In this document: in pieces, positions 33,998 through 47,200 of the stretch
Layout of the letters: the number at the start of each line of letters is the position of its first letter
Position numbering within the stretch: position 1 is the stretch's first letter
NCBI GenBank assembly: GCA_965204175.1
Contig: OZ241978.1
Span: 1,044,103 to 1,108,102 of the forward strand
DNA: 64,000 nucleotides
Direction: 5' to 3'
DNA from: Vicinamibacterales bacterium
GTDB lineage: Bacteria > Acidobacteriota > Vicinamibacteria > Vicinamibacterales > UBA8438
Translations under genes and position numbers: made by a program
The notes under the pieces: model-generated
Databases searched by the model: none
What the model saw: the letters and a program-made list of their open reading frames with translations, nothing else
What the model was told of the DNA's origin: nothing

Positions 33998-34097
33998 CAA
34001 GACGCATTTGAAGGGCTGCTTGTGCGTCCTGAATGTCTTGAACGCCAAAACGCCGTCGAGCAACGCGCGTTCCTGCCTGGCAATCACGAATTTCGTC

Positions 34098-35747
34098 TCA
34101 GGCCGAGGGAGGGGGAGCGAACACTCCCAGGCCGAAATGACTGCCGTACCCGACGGCCAGCGGCCCCTCAATGGCTTCGGGCAGCACGACGTCGAGCAGC
34201 GCGCCGGCCGCGTCCGGCTGGACCTCCCGGCCGCGGGAACGGAAGCGGTGAAAGTGGATTGCACGGCGAGGCGTCCCGCCGACGTCGATGGTCTTCCGCA
34301 GCTTGACGTCCACATCCGTCGCATCCAGCCCGCGCCGTTTCAGCAACCGGCGCACCTCGCCCGGGTAGCCGGCCGCCTTCAAGTGTCCGGACGCCAGGAA
34401 CGGCGTCACGCTCCGCCAGCGCCTCGACGTGCCGAAGATGCGCGCGCCGCCGGCGAAGTTGGCCGGTTCGCCGAAGCCCTCCAGCGCCAGCCGCCATTCC
34501 TTTACGCCGCCTGCCTCGGCATCGACTTCTTCGGATCGCTGCTTCGGCGCCAGCCAGAGCCGGGTGATGCGGTCCAGGCCGGCCTGGACCTCGCCGGTCA
34601 TGCCGCCGGCGACGAACACGGACACGTGATCGATCCAGCCGTCCCCGTCCGCATCCTCAGGGAGCCAGAACGCGTGCCGGTGGAACGGGTCCTTGAGCGG
34701 CTTCCCGTCGGCGTCGCGGCCTGAAATCTCCCACGGCGCCAGTGGTACCGGGTGATCGTTCGCCTCGTCGCGTCGCCAACCGAACTGCGCGAGGGCCGCC
34801 CGGCGCATCAGCTCGCCGATTCTGACCGCGTCCTCGATGCGGGGAAGCGGCCGGCCGGCGAGCAGAAAGCGGGCGACGGTGGGCAGATGGCGTGCGGCTC
34901 GGTTCGGGAGGCGGACAAGGCGGGCAATTACGCCCGGCGCGGCTTCCGGTGCCCGCGCGTAGACGACCTCGCGGGCGGCGGGCGGGCGGCTCCAGCCCCG
35001 GTCCTGGTAGTCGGCCGTGTCCAGAGCGAGCGCATCGACGAGGCGCTCGGGCAGCGTGTGCGCCTGTCTTCCCTTGCTCTTCAGTGCCTTGTCGAGTTGC
35101 TTCTCGACCGCGCCCTCCGTGGGTGGTTTCCCGGGCGCCGCGAGCATCTGATGCTTGATGTCGTCCATGATTCGCTGCCGCTCGGCTCTGTAGTCGCCGG
35201 GCGTGTGCGGGGCCAGCAGCCGCACGGGATCTCCTTCCGGCGCGCCGTCGAGCGGCCGGCAATTCGCGGCGCCGTCCCACTCTGCGAGCGCTTCACACTC
35301 CGTCCAGCTCTCGGCCCGGCCGAGGTAACCGATGGCGAGGGCGAGATCCGCGGCGAACCCGAACGCTTCCGCGTCCAGCGTCACGCGCGGCCACGCGGCG
35401 ACCAGGGTCGAGCGGGCGGGGAGCCGCACGAACGCGTCGAAGACGAGCGTGGTCTTCGGCCGTCCCTTGTCCAGACCGCCGGTCGGCATGTAGTGACGCG
35501 TGTGGGCATGGATGACGCCCTCCGGCAGGCTGTACTCCGGCAGGGTCTCGGCGAGCGTGTCGATCAGTCGCGCGAGGTCGTCCTCTGACCAGCGCGCCCG
35601 GTCGCCCTTGCGCCACCAAGCGGCGATGAGGGCGCGCAGCAGACGCCACGGCTCCGGCGGCCAAGCAACGTCGGCCTCGTTGACGTTGCGGCCCCACGGC
35701 GTCGCGTGGTAGCGACCGGCGGGGAAGCGGAAGGCGAGTGCGAACAT
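34098..35747 (-). CDS. csb2: type I-G Csb2 (Cas5-Cas6 fusion, GSU0054-like), module 1
   Basis: 549 aa. N-terminus MFALAFRFPAGRYHATPWGRNVNEADVAWPPEPWRLLRALIAAW, C-terminal RAMP glycine loop GYGSHFGLGVF. Last gene of the minus-strand effector operon. Confidence 0.85.
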   Translation of the reverse strand: MFALAFRFPAGRYHATPWGRNVNEADVAWPPEPWRLLRALIAAWWRKGDRARWSEDDLARLIDTLAETLPEYSLPEGVIHAHTRHYMPTGGLDKGRPKTTLVFDAFVRLPARSTLVAAWPRVTLDAEAFGFAADLALAIGYLGRAESWTECEALAEWDGAANCRPLDGAPEGDPVRLLAPHTPGDYRAERQRIMDDIKHQMLAAPGKPPTEGAVEKQLDKALKSKGRQAHTLPERLVDALALDTADYQDRGWSRPPAAREVVYARAPEAAPGVIARLVRLPNRAARHLPTVARFLLAGRPLPRIEDAVRIGELMRRAALAQFGWRRDEANDHPVPLAPWEISGRDADGKPLKDPFHRHAFWLPEDADGDGWIDHVSVFVAGGMTGEVQAGLDRITRLWLAPKQRSEEVDAEAGGVKEWRLALEGFGEPANFAGGARIFGTSRRWRSVTPFLASGHLKAAGYPGEVRRLLKRRGLDATDVDVKLRKTIDVGGTPRRAIHFHRFRSRGREVQPDAAGALLDVVLPEAIEGPLAVGYGSHFGLGVFAPPPSA

Positions 35748-35751
35748 GCGC

Positions 35752-39224
<3,473 letters not shown>

Positions 39225-39235
<11 letters not shown>

Positions 39236-41837
39236 TCCGGTCTCCGCCGCGCTCCTTGGCCGACGCCCGCCAGTCGGCGACCCGCAGGAGTGTTTCCAGC
39301 CAGGCGAGCCGGAACGGCCCGAGCCGTGCGAGCAACTCGCGCGTGCGCTCCGTCCAGCTCTCGCGGGAGACGTCGTCCCAGCCCAGCTCCATGATCGACA
39401 GCAGCAGGTCGCCGCCCGCCCAGTGCTCGCCGCCGTCCAGATCGAAGGGAGGCAACTGGTCGCCCTCCCACACGCCGCGGGCGAAGCGCACGCCGGCGCG
39501 GTCGTCCTTCGGCGGCGTTTCGCGGGGCAGGGCGCGCAGGTTCATCCGCACCTTTCCGTGGTGGGCGGCGATCAGGTAGGCGACGACATCGGCATCGCGC
39601 GACCAGCGCTCGTGGGCCAGAAACGCCAGGGCCGAGGCGAGCTCGTGGCGGAAATAGGCCCTGCGGTGGCGCGTCTGCTTCGCGGTCTTGGCGAGCAACG
39701 CGTCGGGCTCTGCCGCCTGGCCGGCGAGGCCGCGGCGCATCGTGTCCTGAAAGACCTCGTGCGCCTTGCCGAGATCGTGCCAGCGGGCCGCGCGCACGAC
39801 GGCCGCCCGCGCGGCCGGCTCCACGTCGAAGGCGGCGCACAACGACTCGGCTTCGGCGGCAACGTGCCGGAGATGATCGGCCAGCGGCACGATCGCATCC
39901 GCCCCGCTGAGGGGGTCCTCATCGTGTCCATCGGCTTCGTGCTGCGCCGTAGCATCGGGATGGTTCGTCGCGCTGCCGGTCCCGGACTGCGCCGTCGGAC
40001 CGGAGGTCGGCTCGGGCACGTCCTTCGGATCGCCGGTGAATCCGGAGGTCTTGCGGTAGCCGCCCGCCTCCGGATACGCCAGGAGGACGAGGCCCGGCCA
40101 CGGCTGGCCCTGCAACGGCATCCATCCGGGTGGGGCCGTCCCGGCCCGCCCGTCGCGGCGCCGCCACTGCGGGTCACGCTGGAACAGGAGGTTTCTCCCC
40201 TTGCCGGGCAGCTTCGAGATCCACGTCCCGGCCGTGCCGATCGACACCGCGCACAACTCTTCTCGGCCGGGGCGCGGCGGATCGTCTCCGGCTTCCAGGG
40301 GATTCCGCCAGAAGACACGGATATCCGTGTCTTCGGCATCGCGCACGTACGGCGACACGTCCACGTCGAAGCCGGTCAAGTCCGGATCGGTGTCGAAGAG
40401 ATCGTCGAGGTCCTTGCGGCGGATCACCCGATGCGGCCGGTCGATGTCGTCCGGCGGGGGAAGATGCACCGGCGCCACGTCGTTCAACCCGCTCAACCGA
40501 TCCCGCGCGGCCTGCAGCTCGGCGGTCTCGTAGGGCCTCGCCAGCTCCTCGGCGTTCCTGTCGGATGCCGCGCCGTCCGTTGCCGGAGGCAGCAGATCGA
40601 TCCAGTGCACGTCTGCCCCGTCCGGCAGCTTCGCGTAGCGGTTGGCGCGGCCGAAGCGCTGGACCAGCGAGGACCAGGGCGCGAGCTCGGTGAACAGGAT
40701 CGCGGCGGAGATGTCCATCCCGGCCTCGACCGCCTGCGTGGCGACCACGATGCGGCCGTGCGGATTCGCGTCATCCGCTCCGAGCACCTTCGCCATCTCC
40801 CGTGCGCGGTCGGCGGGACGGAAGCGGGAGTGGACGAGGGACAGCGTCGGCGCCGCCGGCAGACGCCTGGAGAGGCGTTTCTCCAGCGCGTCGCGGAGTG
40901 TCTGCGCGCGGTCCACGCGGTTGACGATGGCCAGGGTCATCAGTCCGGCGCGGTGCGCATCCAGGATCGCGTCGGCCATGCGCCCGAGGTAGTCGGCGAG
41001 GTCGGCCTTCTTCGCCGACGCTGGCGTGATCGGCGAACGGACAAGTCTCTTGGTCGCCTGTGCCAAGCGTGCGAGCCTGCCGTCCGCCGCCTCCGGATCG
41101 ACCCGGACGACCGCCGAAGCGGGCGGCTCTGGATGGTCGACGGTGGCGACCCAACGCGGATCGAGCGTGGCCGATATCCAGAGGCTGCGGGACGGTGTGC
41201 CGACCGCGCGGTCGTCACGGCGGGCGCGATCGGATTCCGCCTGCCGGAACGCGTCGAGCTGCGCGGATGTCGCGCGGCCGGCGCCCATGAGCTGCACTTC
41301 GTCGAACACCCACTGCGCGTCATCGTGCAGGAGGGCGAACTCCATCGGCCACAGCGCACGCGAAGAGGCATAGCCGCGCATCAGCGCACGGCTCAGCAAC
41401 ATGTCCTGCGTGCCGACGAGCACCGCCGGACGCTCCGGCCGGTCCAGCCAGCCGTCGGCGTCCACGCCGCCCATGAGCAGGTGCACGTCCTCCGGCCGGG
41501 GGAGGCGGTGCGCGCTGTCCGTTTCCGGCGCGAGCCTGCCGAACCACTCCCTGACGGCATCGGCGGTCTGCTCGACCAGCGTCCGCATCGGCAGGCACCA
41601 GACCAGCCGCCGGGGCGTGGCGCCGGGGCTCCGCAGGCGGTGGGCGGCCCAGCCGAGCGTCACCGCCGCGGTCTTGCCCGAACCCGTTGGGGCGATCAGG
41701 ACGCGCGGCCACGCGTCGGTGGCCAACGCGGCCTGCCACGCGTCGGGCTGCCGATCGGCGCCGAGCGCCAGCCGGTAGAGGGTCGTGGCGTTCACGTGGA
41801 GATTCGTGACGGGACTGCCCGAAAACCGTCGGATCAT
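39225..41837 (-). CDS. cas3: Cas3 helicase with C-terminal HD domain, module 1
   Basis: Walker A APTGSGKT and DEVQ box (FDEVQLMG). The C-terminal HD motifs are LADHLRHVA, ARWHDLGKA, FRHELASALA and IAAHHGKVR. The start is placed at Met 41837 because the 32 upstream codons of the track ORF are translations of intergenic direct repeats. Confidence 0.9.
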
Positions 41838-41840
41838 ACC

Positions 41841-42025
41841 GGACGCGATTCGAGTGTCCACGTTCGACGCGCGGATCCACGACGCGCGGCTGTCATGTCC
41901 GGCTCTCCTGACGGACGCGATTCGAGTGTCCACGTTCGGCGTGCGGATGGACTCGTCTCACCCTGAAGGCCCGGTGCGTCCTCCGGTGCGTCCCTGGAGT
42001 GCACCTACCGCCGCGCGGCGGATCG
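41841..42025. repeat. three ~38-nt direct repeats phased at 72 bp in the divergent cas3 / cas4-cas1 intergenic region
   Basis: GGACGCGATTCGAGTGTCCACGTTCG(A/G)CG(C/T)GCGGAT occurs at 41841 and 41913, with the first 26 nt identical. A much weaker third copy sits at 41985 (GG..GAGTG..CAC...GCGCGG..ATC). The intervening 34-nt segments are unrelated. Confidence 0.55.
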
Positions 42026-42068
42026 TCCGAAACGATCCCTTGCCGCCGAAAAACGGGAGGTTGCCGCC

Positions 42069-43778
42069 GTGTCAGCTCCGGAACTTCGCGAGCCGCCGGT
42101 CCAGCCCGTCTCCGCCGACGCCCCGCCGCTGGTGCCGGCGCGCATGGTCAACGAGTACGTCTACTGCCCCCGGCTGGCCTACCTGGAATGGGTGCAGGGC
42201 GAGTGGGTCGATTCGTCCGACACCGTCGAGGGACGTCACGCGCACCGGCGGGTCAACCGCGACGGCGGGAAGCTGCCGCCGCCCGCCGACGTCGACAAGG
42301 CCGAGAAGCTGCACGCGCGCTCGATCACCCTTTCGTCGGAGCGCCTGGGCCTCATCGCCCGCATGGATCTGATCGAATCGGACGGCGACAAGGTCACCCC
42401 GGTCGACTACAAGCGCGGCAAGCGACCCCACATCGAGCGCGGGGCCTACGACCCCGAGCGCGTGCAGCTCTGCGTGCAGGGGCTCCTGCTGCGCGAGCAC
42501 GGCTATGCGTGCGACGAGGGCGTCCTCTATTTCGTCGGCAGCCGCGAACGGGTGCGCGTCGCCTTCGACGACGAGCTCGTGGCCCTCACGCGTCAGGCGG
42601 TCGAGGGGTTGCGCGGCGTCGCCGCGGAGGGCGTCATTCCGCCGCCGCTCGAGGACAGTCCCAAGTGTCCGCGCTGCTCGCTGGTCGAGGTCTGCCTGCC
42701 GGACGAGGTCCACCATCTGAAGGGCGCCGATGTCGCGCCGCGCCCGATTGCCGTGCCCTGCACCGAGGCGCTGCCGCTCTACGTCCAGGCCCGCCGCGCG
42801 AAGGTCTCCAAGTCGGGCGAGACCCTGGTCGTGACGGTGGAGGACGCCGAGCTGGCGACGGCCCGGCTGGAGGAGACCTCGCAGGTGGTCGTCATGGGCA
42901 ACGTCTACCTGACCACGCCCACCCTGCACGAGCTGATGTGGCGCGGCATTCCCGTCACCTGGCACAGCTACGGCGGCTGGTTCTTCGGCCACACCGTGGG
43001 CAACGGCCACAAGAACGTCGAGCTGCGGACCGCGCAGTATCGGGCGAGCTTCGACGAGCGGACGTGCCTGCGGTTCGCCCGGGGACTGGTGACGGCGAAG
43101 ATCCAGAACTGCCGCACGTTGCTGCGCCGCAACTGGAAGCGGGCGGAGAGCAGCAATCCCGTTCTGGTCGATCTGCGCGGCGACAGCCTGCGCGCGGGCC
43201 GGGCGACCTCGCTGCCGGAGCTGCTCGGGGTCGAAGGGACCGCCGCGGCGCGCTATTTCCGCTCCTTCGGCGCCATGCTGAACAAGTCGGAGTCTGACGG
43301 CGAGTTCGGGTTCGACTTCGAGACGCGGAACCGCCGGCCTCCGAAGGATCCGGTCAACGCACTCCTGTCCCTCGCCTACTCGCTGCTGGTCCGAGCCTGG
43401 ACGGTCACGCTGGCCGCGGTCGGGTTCGACGCGTATCGCGGCCTCTACCATCAACCCCGCTACGGCCGCCCGGCGCTCGCGCTCGACCTGATGGAGCCGT
43501 TCCGCCCGCTGGTGGCCGACTCCGTCGTCGTGCAGGCGATCAACAACGGCGAGGTCAAGCCGACCGATTTCAAGTCCGTGGCCGGCAGCGTCAACCTGGA
43601 CGCCGCCGGCCGGCGGCGGTTCATCTCGACCTTCGAGCGCCGTCTCGGGCACGAGGTCGTGCACCCGCTGTTCGGCTACCGCGTCAGCTACCGCCGCCTG
43701 ATGGAGATGCAGGCCCGCCTGTTCGGGCGCTTTCTCCTGGGCGAGCTTCCCGAATATCCCAACTTCAACACGCGGTGA
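42069..43778 (+). CDS. cas1: Cas4-Cas1 fusion protein
   Basis: N-terminal Cas4 nuclease (YVYCPRLAYLEW, DYKRGK, CPRCSLVEVC Cys cluster) fused to Cas1 (NALLSLAYSLL, DLMEPFRPLVADSVV), as is usual for type I-G/I-U. Confidence 0.9.
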   Translation: MSAPELREPPVQPVSADAPPLVPARMVNEYVYCPRLAYLEWVQGEWVDSSDTVEGRHAHRRVNRDGGKLPPPADVDKAEKLHARSITLSSERLGLIARMDLIESDGDKVTPVDYKRGKRPHIERGAYDPERVQLCVQGLLLREHGYACDEGVLYFVGSRERVRVAFDDELVALTRQAVEGLRGVAAEGVIPPPLEDSPKCPRCSLVEVCLPDEVHHLKGADVAPRPIAVPCTEALPLYVQARRAKVSKSGETLVVTVEDAELATARLEETSQVVVMGNVYLTTPTLHELMWRGIPVTWHSYGGWFFGHTVGNGHKNVELRTAQYRASFDERTCLRFARGLVTAKIQNCRTLLRRNWKRAESSNPVLVDLRGDSLRAGRATSLPELLGVEGTAAARYFRSFGAMLNKSESDGEFGFDFETRNRRPPKDPVNALLSLAYSLLVRAWTVTLAAVGFDAYRGLYHQPRYGRPALALDLMEPFRPLVADSVVVQAINNGEVKPTDFKSVAGSVNLDAAGRRRFISTFERRLGHEVVHPLFGYRVSYRRLMEMQARLFGRFLLGELPEYPNFNTR

Positions 43779-43782
43779 TCCC

Positions 43783-44070
43783 GTGGAGCACCTCTACATC
43801 GTCGTCTACGACATCAGCGACCCCAAGCGGTGGAGGCGGGTATTCAAGTTGATGAAGGGATACGGCGAATGGGTGCAACTCTCCGTCTTCCAATGCCGTC
43901 TGAGCCGGCGCCGCCACGCCGATCTGGTTGCACGGCTCGACGCGATGATCGATCATGCCGAGGATCACGTCGTGCTGGTCGACATCGGCGTCGCCGACGG
44001 CGTGGAGCCGCGCTTCGTGAGTCTGGGGAAGAAGTTCCAGGCCGTGCGCCGGGAGCCGGTCATCGTCTGA
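43783..44070 (+). CDS. cas2: Cas2
   Basis: LYIVVYDISDPKRWRRVFKLMKGYGEWVQLSVFQC...VVLVDIG. GTG start 5 nt after cas4/1. Confidence 0.9.
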   Translation: MEHLYIVVYDISDPKRWRRVFKLMKGYGEWVQLSVFQCRLSRRRHADLVARLDAMIDHAEDHVVLVDIGVADGVEPRFVSLGKKFQAVRREPVIV

Positions 44071-44162
44071 GGCATTCCGCCGCGCTGGAGCGAGCGCTCC
44101 GGTGCCGCTCTGCATGCCGGGGAGTGCTCGAATCGCCGGTAGATCCTTGAAAACTGAAGAGT

Positions 44163-44168
44163 TATAAT
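44163..44168 (+). promoter_or_regulatory. candidate leader promoter -10 (TATAAT)
   Basis: Perfect TATAAT in the relatively AT-rich part of the 210-nt cas2-array leader (44071-44280), about 113 nt upstream of repeat 1. Only a weak -35 (TAGATC at 17 nt). Confidence 0.35.
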
Positions 44169-44280
44169 GCAACCCGTGTTCGGTCGAGCCGTTGTGAGCA
44201 TCGTTCGTGCCGCCCGGATTCCGGACCTCTCGCGATCCGGTGCTGAACACCTTTGGATCGCAACAGGTTGCGAGCGGTGC

Positions 44281-47200
44281 GTCTTCCGCGGGGAATACCC
44301 GCGGCCTCATTGAAGCCTCATTGCCCGTAAGGCCGGTGGGAGTCTTCCGCGGGGAATACCCGCGGCCTCATTGGCGTCGCCTGGCGTCTTCCGCGGGGAA
44401 TACCCGCGGCCTCATTGAAGTGAGCAGGCGTCTTCCGCGGGGAATACCCGCGGCCTCATTGAAGCGCGGCGGCGCTGGTTACGCCCAGGCTGGCGACGCG
44501 TCTTCCGCGGGGAATACCCGCGGCCTCATTGAAGCGTGCAAAAACCGGCGTGGTATCGTGGAGCGTTCCCGGGTGTCTTCCGCGGGGAATACCCGCGGCC
44601 TCATTGAAGCCTGCTGCCCTGCTGCAGCGCGATGGCCGCGCCGGACGTCTTCCGCGGGGAATACCCGCGGCCTCATTGAAGCCGCGCCAGGCGGGGATGC
44701 ACCATCCGCCGCCACCGGGTCTTCCGCGGGGAATACCCGCGGCCTCATTGAAGCGGCGGGAAGTGGGTGTTCCACCACGGGTCGTCGACGTCTTCCGCGG
44801 GGAATACCCGCGGCCTCATTGAAGCCGACTGGCGCCGCGTCGCCAATCGTGCATCTGGACCGTCTTCCGCGGGGAATACCCGCGGCCTCATTGAAGCACC
44901 TACGAGCTTCCGTATGGTGACTATCGTGTGGTCGTCTTCCGCGGGGAATACCCGCGGCCTCATTGAAGCAGGAGCATGGTGAGAACGTCGCGGTTGGCGT
45001 CCGTCTGTCTTCCGCGGGGAATACCCGCGGCCTCATTGAAGCGGAACACCCGGCCGGGCCGGGGAAAGGAATGAGGCAGTCTTCCGCGGGGAATACCCGC
45101 GGCCTCATTGAAGCACAAGTTCTACGACCACCGGGGCGGCGGCTTCCGCGAGTCTTCCGCGGGGAATACCCGCGGCCTCATTGAAGCGTAGCCAAGGCGC
45201 ACATCGTGGATGGTGGCCTGGAGAGTCTTCCGCGGGGAATACCCGCGGCCTCATTGAAGCGCCTCAGCGCCGCTGCGGATGCCGTCCGCCGCCGCGTCTT
45301 CCGCGGGGAATACCCGCGGCCTCATTGAAGCGCGACGGTGGCGGAGAATCTGATACTGGCCGGCGTGTCTTCCGCGGGGAATACCCGCGGCCTCATTGAA
45401 GCGGGTCCTCGACAGTGAGAGTCACCGTGTTCGATTCCGTCTTCCGCGGGGAATACCCGCGGCCTCATTGAAGCTGGTTGGCGGCCATCCGGGACGACGT
45501 GCTCGCCTGGTCTTCCGCGGGGAATACCCGCGGCCTCATTGAAGCCGTTCGGTCAGCATGGCCGAGTGGAAGCAGCGCAGCGTCTTCCGCGGGGAATACC
45601 CGCGGCCTCATTGAAGCCAGCCAGGCCGCCGACGCGTGCTTACCTCCCGGCGCGTCTTCCGCGGGGAATACCCGCGGCCTCATTGAAGCGTTGTAGGCAG
45701 GCACGAATATCGCGCCAGACGCGCGTCTTCCGCGGGGAATACCCGCGGCCTCATTGAAGCTGGATTGTAGCCTGAGCCTGAGCCTGTTTCGCCGGAGTCT
45801 TCCGCGGGGAATACCCGCGGCCTCATTGAAGCGTGATCGGCACCAGCCGGCGCCACGACGAACCGATGGTCTTCCGCGGGGAATACCCGCGGCCTCATTG
45901 AAGCGCTACCTTGCTGTTCCAGCCTGCGATACAGCGCTTGCGTCTTCCGCGGGGAATACCCGCGGCCTCATTGAAGCGTAAGGAACGATACGGACCGCAT
46001 CGGTAGGTATTCGGTCTTCCGCGGGGAATACCCGCGGCCTCATTGAAGCCTCAGAATGTGCGTAAGCACCTGGTCCCGCACGCCGTCTTCCGCGGGGAAT
46101 ACCCGCGGCCTCATTGAAGCGTCGTCGACCAGGAACGCCATCCTGCCCCGGGCGCCGGACGTCTTCCGCGGGGAATACCCGCGGCCTCATTGAAGCACGA
46201 ACTGGAGGTAGATCGACCCGTTGTTGGGCACGACGTCTTCCGCGGGGAATACCCGCGGCCTCATTGAAGCGGGGACGCGGAAGAGGTCGAGATGCCCTCT
46301 CCCAGCGAGTCTTCCGCGGGGAATACCCGCGGCCTCATTGAAGCGACACCCTGACGGGACAACTGCAGGCGGTGAACGCCGTCTTCCGCGGGGAATACCC
46401 GCGGCCTCATTGAAGCACGGACCGGGAACCGGCGCCGGCGTGCGGGGCGCCGCGTCTTCCGCGGGGAATACCCGCGGCCTCATTGAAGCCAGCACTACAG
46501 CGACACGCCGCCGGAGCTGGCCGAGGTCTTCCGCGGGGAATACCCGCGGCCTCATTGAAGCTGCGTTGGCTGTGCTCGCCGCCGCGGTGCTTCAGGGGTC
46601 TTCCGCGGGGAATACCCGCGGCCTCATTGAAGCAGCCCGAAGAGCGAGGGCTGCAGACCCATCGCGCCGAGTCTTCCGCGGGGAATACCCGCGGCCTCAT
46701 TGAAGCGGGTCGCGGCGGTAGCCCTCCGGCGGGTCCGCCGCGTCTTCCGCGGGGAATACCCGCGGCCTCATTGAAGCCGGCCCACGAAGTCCATGCCCTC
46801 GCTCAGGGCCTCGGGTCTTCCGCGGGGAATACCCGCGGCCTCATTGAAGCTTGACTCGGTAGTAGGCGTGCGCCCGATCCAGGTCGTCTTCCGCGGGGAA
46901 TACCCGCGGCCTCATTGAAGCCCGGTCGCGGGCGTGCTCCCGACGCCGCAAGGCACGTCTTCCGCGGGGAATACCCGCGGCCTCATTGAAGCGTGGAGCA
47001 GCAAGGCTTCGGGGCGCTACGGTCTACGATGGGGTCTTCCGCGGGGAATACCCGCGGCCTCATTGAAGCAAGACCTGCCGAGCACGCCGTTCGCCGGCAT
47101 GCTCGAAGTCTTCCGCGGGGAATACCCGCGGCCTCATTGAAGCAAGGACGGGGCGCCGCGGCGGGTCGCCTGGGTGCTGCAGGTCTTCCGCGGGGAATAC

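Noticed and set aside
41838-41933. N-terminal 32 codons of the 902-aa cas3 track ORF (MDTRIASVRRAGHDSRASWIRASNVDTRIASG)
   Set aside because: The duplicated DTRIAS peptide is the translation of the 72-bp-phased intergenic direct repeats. Alignment with the module 2 Cas3 N-terminus supports a start at or after Met 41837.
41957-41981. Similarity between array spacer 1 (…AAGGCCGGTG…) and the cas3 / cas4-1 intergenic segment (…AAGGCCCGGTG…), as a possible second CreR-like pairing
   Set aside because: The shared run is only about 10-11 nt, needs an indel, is not anchored at the spacer 5' end, and has no adjacent TTN. This is compatible with chance in a GC-rich 64-kb window.
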